64,000 nucleotides of DNA from Vicinamibacteria bacterium (GTDB taxonomy: Bacteria > Acidobacteriota > Vicinamibacteria > Fen-336 > JAGNNV01): positions 7,768 to 71,767 of the forward strand of contig JAIBCN010000002.1 in NCBI GenBank assembly GCA_019694155.1. The letters run 5' to 3'. The notes beneath the pieces were generated by a model. The model was not told the origin of the DNA. It saw only the letters and a list, made by a program, of their open reading frames with translations, and did not search any database. Within the stretch, counting starts at the first letter, position 1. Each line of letters opens with the position of its first letter. Of the stretch, positions 48,397 through 56,780 are shown piece after piece. A program made the translations under genes and the position numbers.

Positions 48397-49287
48397 GTGC
48401 GCCAACGCACCCTTCAGAGAACCGTCGAGACCCAGGGGGTCGGGCTTCACTCCGGCAAGCTCGTTTCTCTCCGGCTTCTGCCCGCCGCCGCCAATAGCGG
48501 CGTGGTCTTTGTTCGCACGGACCTTGAGAACCGCGAGGTTCCCGCTCGTGTCGAATGGGTGGCGCAACAGGAGCTCGCGATGTCCCTGAAGAGGGACGGG
48601 GCCCAGGTGCTCACCGTCGAGCATCTTCTTGCGGCGCTCTATGCGACGGGCGTCGACAACGTCCGCGTTGAGATCAACGGCCCGGAGATACCGGTTTTCG
48701 ACGGATCGTCGAGAATGTTCCTGCACCTCATCGATGAAGCCGGTATCAAGAACCTGGCGGCCTTCCAGAGCACCCTGGTGGTTCGTCGATCTGTCCGGGT
48801 TGAGTCTCCAAAGGGCGATCGCTTCATCCTGATCGAGCCGTCCGATGCGTTCGAGGTTGACTACACGATTGATTTCAACCACGCCCTCGTGGGTCGTCAG
48901 CGGGTGGCCCTCGACGTTAGCGAAGAAACGTTTCGAAATGAACTGTCCACCGCTCGCACCTTCTGCTTCCTCAAGGATGTGGAAGCCATGCGCGCCCGCG
49001 GCCTGGCCCTGGGCGGCTCGCTCGAGAGCGCAGTGGTGATCGGAGAGAACGGATTCCTCTCCAGTCCCAGGATGAAGGACGAGTTCGTGCGGCACAAGGC
49101 GCTCGACGTGGTCGGCGACCTGGCCCTGCTTGGATTCCGGGTTCGCGGCCGGGTGGTGGCGCACTGCGCCGGACACGCCCTCCACGCCGACTTGGTGCGC
49201 GCCCTTCTCCGCGATCACGCGGCCTGGACCATTGAGACCGCAACGCCGCACCTGTCCGGCTTCGAGCACGCGATAGCGACCGCCTGA
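48397..49287 (+). CDS. lpxC: UDP-3-O-acyl-GlcNAc deacetylase
   Basis: RQRTL..GVGLHSG, TVEHLLAAL, EIPVFDGSS and HKALDVVGDL motifs; GTG at 48397 preferred. Confidence 0.97.
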   Translation: MRQRTLQRTVETQGVGLHSGKLVSLRLLPAAANSGVVFVRTDLENREVPARVEWVAQQELAMSLKRDGAQVLTVEHLLAALYATGVDNVRVEINGPEIPVFDGSSRMFLHLIDEAGIKNLAAFQSTLVVRRSVRVESPKGDRFILIEPSDAFEVDYTIDFNHALVGRQRVALDVSEETFRNELSTARTFCFLKDVEAMRARGLALGGSLESAVVIGENGFLSSPRMKDEFVRHKALDVVGDLALLGFRVRGRVVAHCAGHALHADLVRALLRDHAAWTIETATPHLSGFEHAIATA

Positions 49288-49317
49288 GGTTCCTGCTCCC
49301 ACCCGGGGGAGTGAACG

Positions 49318-49360
49318 GAAAAAGAAAAGGCCCGCCGATGAAGGCGGGCCGTTCCTTTTT
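49318..49360. terminator. Probable bidirectional intrinsic terminator between lpxC and exbD
   Basis: A-rich run, GGCCCGCC-GATGAA-GGCGGGCC hairpin, then GTTCCTTTTT, between convergent genes. Confidence 0.8.
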
Positions 49361-49396
49361 GGGGCTCCACGCGAGCGGGCGCCCCGATGAGGTGCG

Positions 49397-49861
49397 CTAC
49401 TGCGACTGGGGCGCCCCTGCGGTGCTCGTGTCGGAGATGATGCCGACGCGCTCGACGCCGGCGCCGCGAGCTATGTCCATCGCCTCGACCACCTTGCCGT
49501 AGAGGGACTTCGACTCGCCGCGCACGAACAGTGTCTTGTCGCTGCGCGTCTGGAAGACGTCCTTGAGCTTCTGGTCCAGCTCCTCGAGACTCGCCATCGG
49601 CTGCTTGTTGACCGAGATCGTGCCGGCTTCCGTGATCTCCATGACGATAACGTCGGGCGGCTTCACGGGTGGCGGCTGATTCTTGTTGTCCTTCGGGAGG
49701 GCGATATCGACGCCCTTCTGGGCGGTCGGCGTCACCAGCATGAAGATGATGAGCAAGACCAGCATGACGTCGATGAGCGGCGTGATGTTGATGTCCGAAA
49801 CCGCGGCCGGACCCGCCGCGTAATGGGCGTCGTCGTGCTTCTTCTTCTTGGACTGCGCCAT
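49397..49861 (-). CDS. exbD: ExbD/TolR family protein (second copy)
   Basis: INITPLIDVMLVLLIIFML TM with conserved Asp; VERVGI C-terminus. Confidence 0.92.
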   Translation of the reverse strand: MAQSKKKKHDDAHYAAGPAAVSDINITPLIDVMLVLLIIFMLVTPTAQKGVDIALPKDNKNQPPPVKPPDVIVMEITEAGTISVNKQPMASLEELDQKLKDVFQTRSDKTLFVRGESKSLYGKVVEAMDIARGAGVERVGIISDTSTAGAPQSQ

Positions 49862-49865
49862 CGTC

Positions 49866-50297
49866 TTAGCCCTCCACCTTGGGTTCGGAAATGAGCGCGA
49901 TCTCTTCGACGCCTGCGTCGCGGCAGGCATCCATGACCTTCATGACTTCGCCGTACTCGATCCGGACATCGGCCTTGAGGAAAGCCACCTTGTCGGTGTC
50001 CCCCTTCTCCTCGAGAGCCTTCACCAGGAGTTCCTTGAGTTCGGGAATTCCGCCCTCGAGCTTCCTACCCTTGAAGAAGACGGTGAAGTTCCTGGTGAAC
50101 CCGATCGTGATGTTGTCCTGCTCGTCCTTGCGCTCTTTGGTGTTCGCTGCCTTGGGCAGCTCGACATCGACGCCCTTGTTGATCAGGGGCGTGATCACCA
50201 TGAAGATGATCAGGAGCACGATCATGATGTCGGCCATGGGCGTCACGTTGATGTCCGCGATCGCTCCGCCTTTTTTTCCGCCGACTGCCATCGCCAT
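49866..50297 (-). CDS. exbD: ExbD/TolR family protein (first copy)
   Basis: INVTPMADIMIVLLIIFMV and LKADVRIEYGEV motifs. Confidence 0.92.
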   Translation of the reverse strand: MAMAVGGKKGGAIADINVTPMADIMIVLLIIFMVITPLINKGVDVELPKAANTKERKDEQDNITIGFTRNFTVFFKGRKLEGGIPELKELLVKALEEKGDTDKVAFLKADVRIEYGEVMKVMDACRDAGVEEIALISEPKVEG

Positions 50298-50412
50298 GGT
50301 GTTTGCGAGCCTCGTTAAGTGTTTACGGGAAGGCCAGAGAAGCGCCCCCGGGATCCCCTCTCTCCGCGACTACAGGCGGGGGGCAAAGTCCCGGGGGTGT
50401 TCCGGGGGCTGT

Positions 50413-51084
50413 TTAGGCGCTCTTCTTCACGAAGTCGAGCAACTCCGAGCCGGAGTTGTCCATTTCGACCGTAAACCCGTCCACCTGGCCGGCGAAGTAG
50501 TTGTACGCCCACACCGCGACGATGGCGACAACGAGGCCGAGCGCCGTGGTGATGAGCGCTTCCGCGATACCGGCGGAGATCGCCGCGATACCACCCGAAC
50601 CGGTCATGGCCATGCCGGAGAACGCGTTGATAATGCCGAATGTGGTGCCGAAGAGGCCCACGAAAGGCGCGGTCGCGCCCGTGGTCGCGAGGAAGGAAAG
50701 GCCCTTCTTGAGGTCGGCCAGGTTCACCGCAGTGGCCCGCTGCATGGCGCGCTTGGCAGCGTCGAGAGCGGCGTCCTTGTCGGTTTCACCCGTGGCGCCC
50801 TGGAACTGCCATTCCTGCAGCCCGGCCAAGGACACCTTGGCAAGGTGAGAAGACTTCATTCCCGCCGAACCCGACAGGTCGACCGCTTCCTTCAACTTAC
50901 CGGCCTTGAGGAGACGCGCCACATCGGCCGCGTACTTTCTGGACTGAGCCTTGGCGTTGTTATAGAGCTTCCAGCGGTCGAAGATGATCGAAATTGACCA
51001 GATGGACATGATGAGCAGGGTGAAGACAACGCCCTTCGCAACCCAGCCCATGCTGGACCACAGATGCGCCATATCGAATTGCAT
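50413..51084 (-). CDS. exbB: ExbB/TolQ/MotA proton channel protein
   Basis: LATTGATAPFVGLFGTTFGII and GIAEALITTALGL motifs. Confidence 0.94.
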   Translation of the reverse strand: MQFDMAHLWSSMGWVAKGVVFTLLIMSIWSISIIFDRWKLYNNAKAQSRKYAADVARLLKAGKLKEAVDLSGSAGMKSSHLAKVSLAGLQEWQFQGATGETDKDAALDAAKRAMQRATAVNLADLKKGLSFLATTGATAPFVGLFGTTFGIINAFSGMAMTGSGGIAAISAGIAEALITTALGLVVAIVAVWAYNYFAGQVDGFTVEMDNSGSELLDFVKKSA

Positions 51085-51134
51085 TATTGAAACTCCTAAG
51101 GTCGGTTATTGAGAGGTAGGACGAGAGGGGAGGG

Positions 51135-51863
51135 CTAGTTGAGCCTGAAGTTCACCGTAACCGTCATGATGACGGGAACCGGCACGCCGTTCAGGAGCGT
51201 CGGAGTGTACTGCCATTGCTTGACCGCATCGATACCGGCCTGGTCGAGCAGCGGAATACCGCGCAGAACCTTGACATCCGTGACCTTGCCCTGCGGGCTG
51301 ATGGTGCATTCGAGGATGACGATGCCCTGGACCCTCGCCTGCTTCGCGATGTCGGGGTAGACGGGCGCCACGTTCTTCGTCTTGGTCGGTTCCTTGATGT
51401 TGCCGCCAACACGGACTGCCTGAACCGGGGGAGGAGGCTCGGAGGGAAGGCCGCCGACGATGCCGCCCGCGACACCGCCCGCCACACCGCCTTCAACGCC
51501 ACCCGCGGCGCCACCCTCTACGCCAAGATCAATGCCCGCCGAGGGCTTGATTTCCTGGGGAACTTCCACCGGGGCCACGAACTTCGTCTCTTGAACCGGC
51601 GGAGGCGCCTGTTGCTGGACGACCTTGGGGGCCGGAGGTGGCGGGGGGGGCGGGGGAGGGGGTGCTGCCGCCGGCTCCACGAAGAACGCTTTGACCGCGG
51701 CCGCGGGCTCCGGCAACTCCTGAGCCTGGAGCAGGGGGACGATCACCACCGCCAGAAGGCCGATCGCGTGAAGGGCGACGGAGATCGTGAAGAACAGACT
51801 TCGCTTGGGTCTATGACCCTTTGTGTCCGATTCAACTAAGTCTGCAAACAGTTTTCGTTCCAT
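51135..51863 (-). CDS. tonB: TonB family energy transducer
   Basis: TM with SxxxH (SVALH), Pro-rich linker and TonB_C (YPDIAKQARVQGIV..AVKQWQYTP). Confidence 0.92.
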   Translation of the reverse strand: MERKLFADLVESDTKGHRPKRSLFFTISVALHAIGLLAVVIVPLLQAQELPEPAAAVKAFFVEPAAAPPPPPPPPPPAPKVVQQQAPPPVQETKFVAPVEVPQEIKPSAGIDLGVEGGAAGGVEGGVAGGVAGGIVGGLPSEPPPPVQAVRVGGNIKEPTKTKNVAPVYPDIAKQARVQGIVILECTISPQGKVTDVKVLRGIPLLDQAGIDAVKQWQYTPTLLNGVPVPVIMTVTVNFRLN

Positions 51864-51968
51864 CTGTCACCTCGCTCTTGTCTTTCGAGATCAAGAGACG
51901 TTTCGATGGTGGATGAGGTCAATGAAGAACCAAATTTCCGAAACGGTTCTCGTCGGATCAGTCTTCGA

Positions 51969-51998
51969 ATTCTAGACACCGCGGCGAAACACTGTCAA
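51969..51998 (-). promoter_or_regulatory. sigma70-type promoter for the tonB-exbB-exbD-exbD operon
   Basis: TTGACA-N18-TAGAAT on the minus strand. Confidence 0.65.
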
Positions 51999-52116
51999 CG
52001 AATTGCCGCGCATTCTTTGGCTACATTTCAGCAGGTTCTCGCTCGTGATCGCACCGCCATCGGTAAGATAATCCAGCACGCGCCATACACAGAAGACGCG
52101 CCAAGCACATGAATCG

Positions 52117-52146
52117 TTGACGTGACTTTGACCGCTGCCCTACAAT
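52117..52146 (+). promoter_or_regulatory. sigma70-type promoter for the TPR lipoprotein
   Basis: TTGACG-N18-TACAAT on the plus strand. Confidence 0.55.
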
Positions 52147-52306
52147 TCGTCGAAATCGTCAGCTTTCTTTCCAGATCGATCCATCCTCCAACGGGCCGAA
52201 CGTTCTCGAACCGAGGTCGCTGTTTTTGGAGAACAAGCTCCCAAATCACTCGCCGTCCGCCCGAGAGGCGGCAGCGGGAACCAAAGCCCCTTTGAAAGAC
52301 ACCAAC

Positions 52307-53332
52307 ATGAGGCACGCGATTCGGACCCTGGCCATCGTTCTCCTTGCAATTCCCGTCCTGAATTGCGCGCGGGTTCAAGCGCAGACGGCGCTTCGCGAAG
52401 GGCACAAGCTCTATAAGGATGAGAGCTTCAGAAAGGCGATCGAGGAGTACGACATCGTCCTCCAGAAGGATCCCACGAACATCGAGGCCACCTTCTACCG
52501 CGGGAGTTCCTATCACCAGCTCTTCCGCCCGGGCAAGGAGGACACGAACGTCAACCTGGAATCGGCGATCAAGGACTACAAGGTTGTTCTCGCCGCGACC
52601 CCCTCGGCCGGCGACAAGAAGTACCCGATTCTCAAGAAGAACGCCCTGTCGGCTCTCATCGGCATCTACGCCGACGATCCCTATCGCGACTTCGACACCG
52701 CGATGAAGTATGCGAACGAGCTGACGAACAGCGAACCGGGGAACCTGCAGAATCTCTTCGCCATGGCGAACCTCTACGAGAAGTTCGGCAAGGTCAACGA
52801 GGCGGAAGACGCCTACAAGAAGGCGGTCGCCCTTGCTCCGAAGGACGTCAAGGCATGCGGCGCGCTCGCGGGCTTCTACAACAAGACCCTGTGGGACGAG
52901 AAGGGCGTGCCGGTGGCTGACGGCGGCGCCGGCCGGGGCCGGTTCGATGACGCGGTCAACCAGTTGAAGGTTTGCGCCGAACTCGACCCCAAGGATCCCA
53001 AGGGCTACTACACCGTCGCCACCTTCTATTGGGACCAGTGCTATCGCGGACCCCTTCTCGACGACGCCCGCAAGAAGCAGCTCGCCGACGAAGGCATGGT
53101 CTTTGTGGAGAAGGCGCTCGCCATCAAGGGCGACTTCGTGGAGGCGCTCATCTACAAAGGGCTTCTGCTTCGCGAACAGGCCAAGCTGACCAGGAACCCG
53201 GCCACCCGCAACAGCCTCATTGAAGAAGCGCAGCTCCTGCAGAAGCGTGCGGTCGAGTTGAAGAAGGAACAGGACGCCGAACTCGCCGAGAAGGCGAAGC
53301 AGGCGGCCGCGGCCGCGTCCACCTCCAACTAG
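52307..53332 (+). CDS. TPR-repeat protein, probable lipoprotein
   Basis: MRHAIRTLAIVLLAIPVLNC signal peptide ending in Cys; several TPR helices; ATG at 52307 preferred over the TTG at 52226. Confidence 0.8.
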   Translation: MRHAIRTLAIVLLAIPVLNCARVQAQTALREGHKLYKDESFRKAIEEYDIVLQKDPTNIEATFYRGSSYHQLFRPGKEDTNVNLESAIKDYKVVLAATPSAGDKKYPILKKNALSALIGIYADDPYRDFDTAMKYANELTNSEPGNLQNLFAMANLYEKFGKVNEAEDAYKKAVALAPKDVKACGALAGFYNKTLWDEKGVPVADGGAGRGRFDDAVNQLKVCAELDPKDPKGYYTVATFYWDQCYRGPLLDDARKKQLADEGMVFVEKALAIKGDFVEALIYKGLLLREQAKLTRNPATRNSLIEEAQLLQKRAVELKKEQDAELAEKAKQAAAAASTSN

Positions 53333-53384
53333 CCCCTCCAGCCGGGCCGGTCCGCCGTCGAAGGACGGGGCAAGAGGCCCGGGT

Positions 53385-53765
53385 TCACCGCCTCTTCCTG
53401 GCTGGCTTCCTGCCCGCCCTCTTGGGGCCTGCCGCCTTTTTCACGGCCGGCTTCGATCTCCCGGTGTTCTTGGCCTTCGAGGCCGGTCCGGGCGTGACGC
53501 TGAGCCGACGGACATAGGCCGAGAGCATTTCGTTCTCGTAGGTCACGGAGTTCAGGAAGAGAGATTCGGCCAGGTAGCTCCGCTGTTCGGCGGCGCTCAT
53601 CTGGTCGATGACGGCCAGGATTTCCGCACGCATGGTCTCAAAGGACGAATTGAGAACGTTGCTGAGCGTGATCTCCTTGTAGAGCGCCTCGATGATGGCG
53701 AGAAGGTCGCCGTCGAGGGGCACCTCGAAACCGGTGGACAGACGGACGGTGCGTTCCTTGGACAT
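53385..53765 (-). CDS. Hypothetical protein with a Lys/Arg/Ala-rich C-terminal tail
   Basis: ATG at 53765 overlaps the STAS stop (TAATG); helical core (YLAESLFLNSVTYENE) plus basic tail. Confidence 0.75.
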   Translation of the reverse strand: MSKERTVRLSTGFEVPLDGDLLAIIEALYKEITLSNVLNSSFETMRAEILAVIDQMSAAEQRSYLAESLFLNSVTYENEMLSAYVRRLSVTPGPASKAKNTGRSKPAVKKAAGPKRAGRKPARKRR

Positions 53766-54136
53766 TATTGCTTCCCGGTCGAGGGCGCGAAAGCCCGGAT
53801 GGCCTCCTCTTCCTCGCGGAAGATGGGCACGATCTTGTGGACGCCGGCCATGGACAACATAGTCTCGACTCGCGCCTGAGGCGCCAGAATATGAAGTCCG
53901 CCGCCCTGGTCCTTGGCCAGGCGATAGATGTCCATGACGCACCCGATGGTGGCGCTGTCGATGTAGGACACCGCGCCCAGGTCCAGCACCAGCGATCGCG
54001 CCCCGCCATCCACCGCTTCCTTGGTCTTGGCCACCAGCGTCGGGAGCAGTGGGTAGATCACGCGGGCGGTCTGAATACGGATGACGGTCGCGTCTCCGAC
54101 CTTCTCAATCGAAAGATCCACGGTCTTCTCCTTCAA
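53765..54136 (-). CDS. STAS-domain anti-sigma factor antagonist (SpoIIAA/RsbV-like)
   Basis: LVLDLGAVSYIDSATIG with the phosphorylatable Ser; VETMLSMAGV..IVPIF C-terminus. Confidence 0.9.
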   Translation of the reverse strand: MKEKTVDLSIEKVGDATVIRIQTARVIYPLLPTLVAKTKEAVDGGARSLVLDLGAVSYIDSATIGCVMDIYRLAKDQGGGLHILAPQARVETMLSMAGVHKIVPIFREEEEAIRAFAPSTGKQ

Positions 54137-54152
54137 ACATGTGTGCGCCGTC

Positions 54153-54737
54153 TCATCGGGGACCGCCGGCGCGGAGGGCTCGCGCCAACTCCTCGCGTCC
54201 GCGATTGATCCGGCTCTTGATCGTTCCCACGGGCAGCGACAGCCTCACCGCCATCTCCTCGTAGGCGAGCCCCTTGAGGTCCCTGAGAACCACGGCCTCC
54301 CGCAGCTTCTCCGGGAGGGTCGCGAGACCTTTCCGCAGGACCTCTCTGGCCTCAGAGGCCTCGATGGATCGCAAGGGGTCAGTGGACAGGGGCGCCACGG
54401 CCTGGTCGAAGGCCAGGCCGTCGTCGACCATCGTCCGTTGTTCGCGCCGGGTCGAGCGATAGTTGTCGATGCAGTGGTTCCGGGCCACCGACGCCAGCCA
54501 TTTGGAAAAGTCCGCCGACGGATCGAACTTTCCGAGGTTCTTGAAGATCCGCAGGAAGATCTCCTGGGAAAGATCCTCGGCACGGTCGTGGCGGCCCGTG
54601 AACTTGTAGGCGATGTTGAAAACGCGGCGTCGATGCTTCTCTACGAGCGTCTCCCAGGCCGCCCCGTCCCCCGAAAGACACTGGGCGACCATGAGCACGT
54701 CTTCGGGCCGCGGCTCGGCGGGAGTTGTCGAAAGCAC
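54153..54737 (-). CDS. ECF-type RNA polymerase sigma factor (sigma-24/RpoE family)
   Basis: AEDLSQEIFLRIF, FSKWLASVARNHCID (region 2) and YEEMA..GTIKSRINRGR (region 4). Confidence 0.95.
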   Translation of the reverse strand: MLSTTPAEPRPEDVLMVAQCLSGDGAAWETLVEKHRRRVFNIAYKFTGRHDRAEDLSQEIFLRIFKNLGKFDPSADFSKWLASVARNHCIDNYRSTRREQRTMVDDGLAFDQAVAPLSTDPLRSIEASEAREVLRKGLATLPEKLREAVVLRDLKGLAYEEMAVRLSLPVGTIKSRINRGREELARALRAGGPR

Positions 54738-54794
54738 GTTTTCCTGTTGGAGGCTCTGAGAAAGCGATTCAGCCGTCTGGACGGAGCGCCGACC

Positions 54795-55601
54795 CTACTT
54801 CAACTCCGGCCGCCCCGCCTCGGTCCATGCGGTATACCAGAAGCTGCCCACATCCGCGGCGGCGCCAGACAAAAGGTCGCCCAAAAGCCGGCCCGCGCGG
54901 AGTTCGAAGGCTTCGAAGAAAGCGCCCGCGTAGGAGGACCGGCCCCGATAGGCGAGGCTGTCCGCGTAGAGGATGTTGTCGACCCAGATGTGACTCCGCA
55001 CCATGGTCGCGAAGATGTAGTCGCGCGGATTCTCCAGAAGACGCGCGGCCTCCGGGTTGACCTTGAGCCGACCTTCCATGTCCTCCGGCAGGCGCGCCCC
55101 GAATCTCTTGGCGATGCCCGCCTGATCGGTTTTCTGACCATCGAAGTTCTCGGTCATCTGCAGAGGGTTGTTCAGATCGGCGGCGAGTATGGCCACGTCG
55201 TCCGCGGCCCGGAGGATCTTCTCCTTGTCGCCCTCCTTGAAGGCCGCGACGAGTCTTTTTTGGGCGTCCAGAAGAAGAAACGGCAGGCGACCCACGAGCC
55301 TGATGTCGGCCCTGGCGCTGACCGCCGCCTCGTCCTGCGGCACATCCTTGAACGGGAACGCGCCCAGGAGTTCGAGCGCGAAGCGGCGCCCCTCCGGGCG
55401 CGCCGGAGCATCCTCGTCAGGCGTCAGGCTTGGCATTTCGTACTTGTGGTCCTCGAAGTACTTCTTCTGGCCCTTGGGCAGCGTATCGATGGCCTTGCGA
55501 ATCACCAGGCGGTACACGGAATCGCTCCAGGCGAATGACGACGCGGGCGCAAGAGCGACGAGCGCCACGAGAGCGATCCGTCCGAGATTCTTCAGTTTCA
55601 T
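54795..55601 (-). CDS. Secreted Zn-phospholipase C / S1-P1 nuclease-fold protein, predicted catalytically inactive
   Basis: Signal peptide (ASSFA/W), mature N-terminal Trp, and DLNNPLQMTENFDGQ.T.Q.GI..RF..RLPE segment matching the family scaffold from memory, but without the His ligands. Confidence 0.65.
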   Translation of the reverse strand: MKLKNLGRIALVALVALAPASSFAWSDSVYRLVIRKAIDTLPKGQKKYFEDHKYEMPSLTPDEDAPARPEGRRFALELLGAFPFKDVPQDEAAVSARADIRLVGRLPFLLLDAQKRLVAAFKEGDKEKILRAADDVAILAADLNNPLQMTENFDGQKTDQAGIAKRFGARLPEDMEGRLKVNPEAARLLENPRDYIFATMVRSHIWVDNILYADSLAYRGRSSYAGAFFEAFELRAGRLLGDLLSGAAADVGSFWYTAWTEAGRPELK

Positions 55602-55636
55602 TGCTTCCTCCAGGGGGCGCGGCAAGGTCCGGAACG

Positions 55637-56356
55637 CTATTCTGCGCGAGCCACGATAATGGAACGAACTTCCCGGGCGCCCTGAGACAGCAGAGTCAGG
55701 GCGCACTCCCGAAGGGTCGCCCCAGTTGTGGTCACATCGTCGACGAGCGTGACCGCTGCGCCCCTGAAGACTCCGGGATGAACGACAGCAAATGCGTTCC
55801 GCACATTGCGTCGGCGTTCACCGGCCGAAAGGTCCGTCTGGGTTCTGGTGTTTCGAGAGCGAACGAGGCTGCGGGACACCGGGACGCCGCATTCCCCGCT
55901 GAGCGCGGCCGCCAGCAGGTGGGCCTGGTTGAACCCGCGCTGACGCTCCCTCTCAGGGTGAAGCGGCACTCCGACGAGAACATCCGAGGCCCCCAGGATG
56001 CGCCGGCAGCGCGCGCTTCCCATCAGGCGGATGGAGAGACGCGCCGCCGTTCGGTGGCGGCCCTGGTACTTGAGCGCCACCACGCAGTCGCGAAGCGGGC
56101 CGGCATAGGCGCCCAGAGCCACGCCCTCCAGGATGCCGGAACGCCCGCGACGACATCGGCCGCAGTCCTCCCCATCGGATCCAGGCAGGGGGCAGCCGCA
56201 GCGACACACGGGCTCGCTCATTACCGGGAGGAGCCCCCAGCACTTCTGGCACAGCGGCGGATCATGGGCGGAGACGAGGCCCCCGCATGACACACAGGCG
56301 GTGGGAAACAGGGCCGCGGAGAGCGCATCCCAGGTCCTTGTCCAGAAGAGAGTCAA
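55637..56356 (-). CDS. comF: ComF family protein (double zinc ribbon plus PRTase)
   Basis: CVSC..CQKC..CRC..CGRC, RQRGFNQA and LVDDVTTTGATL motifs; TTG at 56356 preferred. Confidence 0.9.
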   Translation of the reverse strand: MTLFWTRTWDALSAALFPTACVSCGGLVSAHDPPLCQKCWGLLPVMSEPVCRCGCPLPGSDGEDCGRCRRGRSGILEGVALGAYAGPLRDCVVALKYQGRHRTAARLSIRLMGSARCRRILGASDVLVGVPLHPERERQRGFNQAHLLAAALSGECGVPVSRSLVRSRNTRTQTDLSAGERRRNVRNAFAVVHPGVFRGAAVTLVDDVTTTGATLRECALTLLSQGAREVRSIIVARAE

Positions 56357-56373
56357 TCGACGAGCCCTTCCCG

Positions 56374-56727
56374 CTAGATGATCCCGGCTTCGATCTTCTC
56401 CTGGCAGCTCAGGCAGTGCTTGGCCCACGGAACCGCCTCGAGCCGCTTGCGTTCCACGTCGTCCCCGCACACGATGCAGGCCCCGAAGCGCTTCTCGTCG
56501 ATCCGGACGATGGCGTCGTCGATCATCTGAATCTCGTCGCGCTCCTTGTTCGAGAGGCTGAACAGGAACTCCTTCGTGTAGGAGTTGGCGGCCTTGTCGA
56601 CCGGGTCATGGGAAACGTCGGAGTCGACCTGCTTGCCTTGCGAGCGAGTCTTGTCGTATCCCTTCGTTATGTCGGTCTTCTGATCGACGAGGCGCTTCCG
56701 ATAGAGCTTCAGCGTCTTTGTGTCCAT
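56374..56727 (-). CDS. dksA: DksA/TraR C4-zinc-finger protein
   Basis: Coiled-coil tip DPVDKA (DxxDxA) and CIVC..CLSC zinc finger; ATG at 56727. Confidence 0.85.
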   Translation of the reverse strand: MDTKTLKLYRKRLVDQKTDITKGYDKTRSQGKQVDSDVSHDPVDKAANSYTKEFLFSLSNKERDEIQMIDDAIVRIDEKRFGACIVCGDDVERKRLEAVPWAKHCLSCQEKIEAGII

Positions 56728-56780
56728 GTCCGATCTTCTCTCCTTGATCTTCGTCTTTCCACCACGGCCCGCGTGATCGA

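Noticed and set aside
51635-51670. G/C-run repeat in tonB
   Set aside because: It simply encodes the usual TonB polyproline linker; it is not a tandem-repeat or phase-variation locus.
51864-52306. Fur box upstream of tonB
   Set aside because: Only an isolated GATAAT is present, with no 19-bp GATAATGATAATCATTATC-like palindrome.
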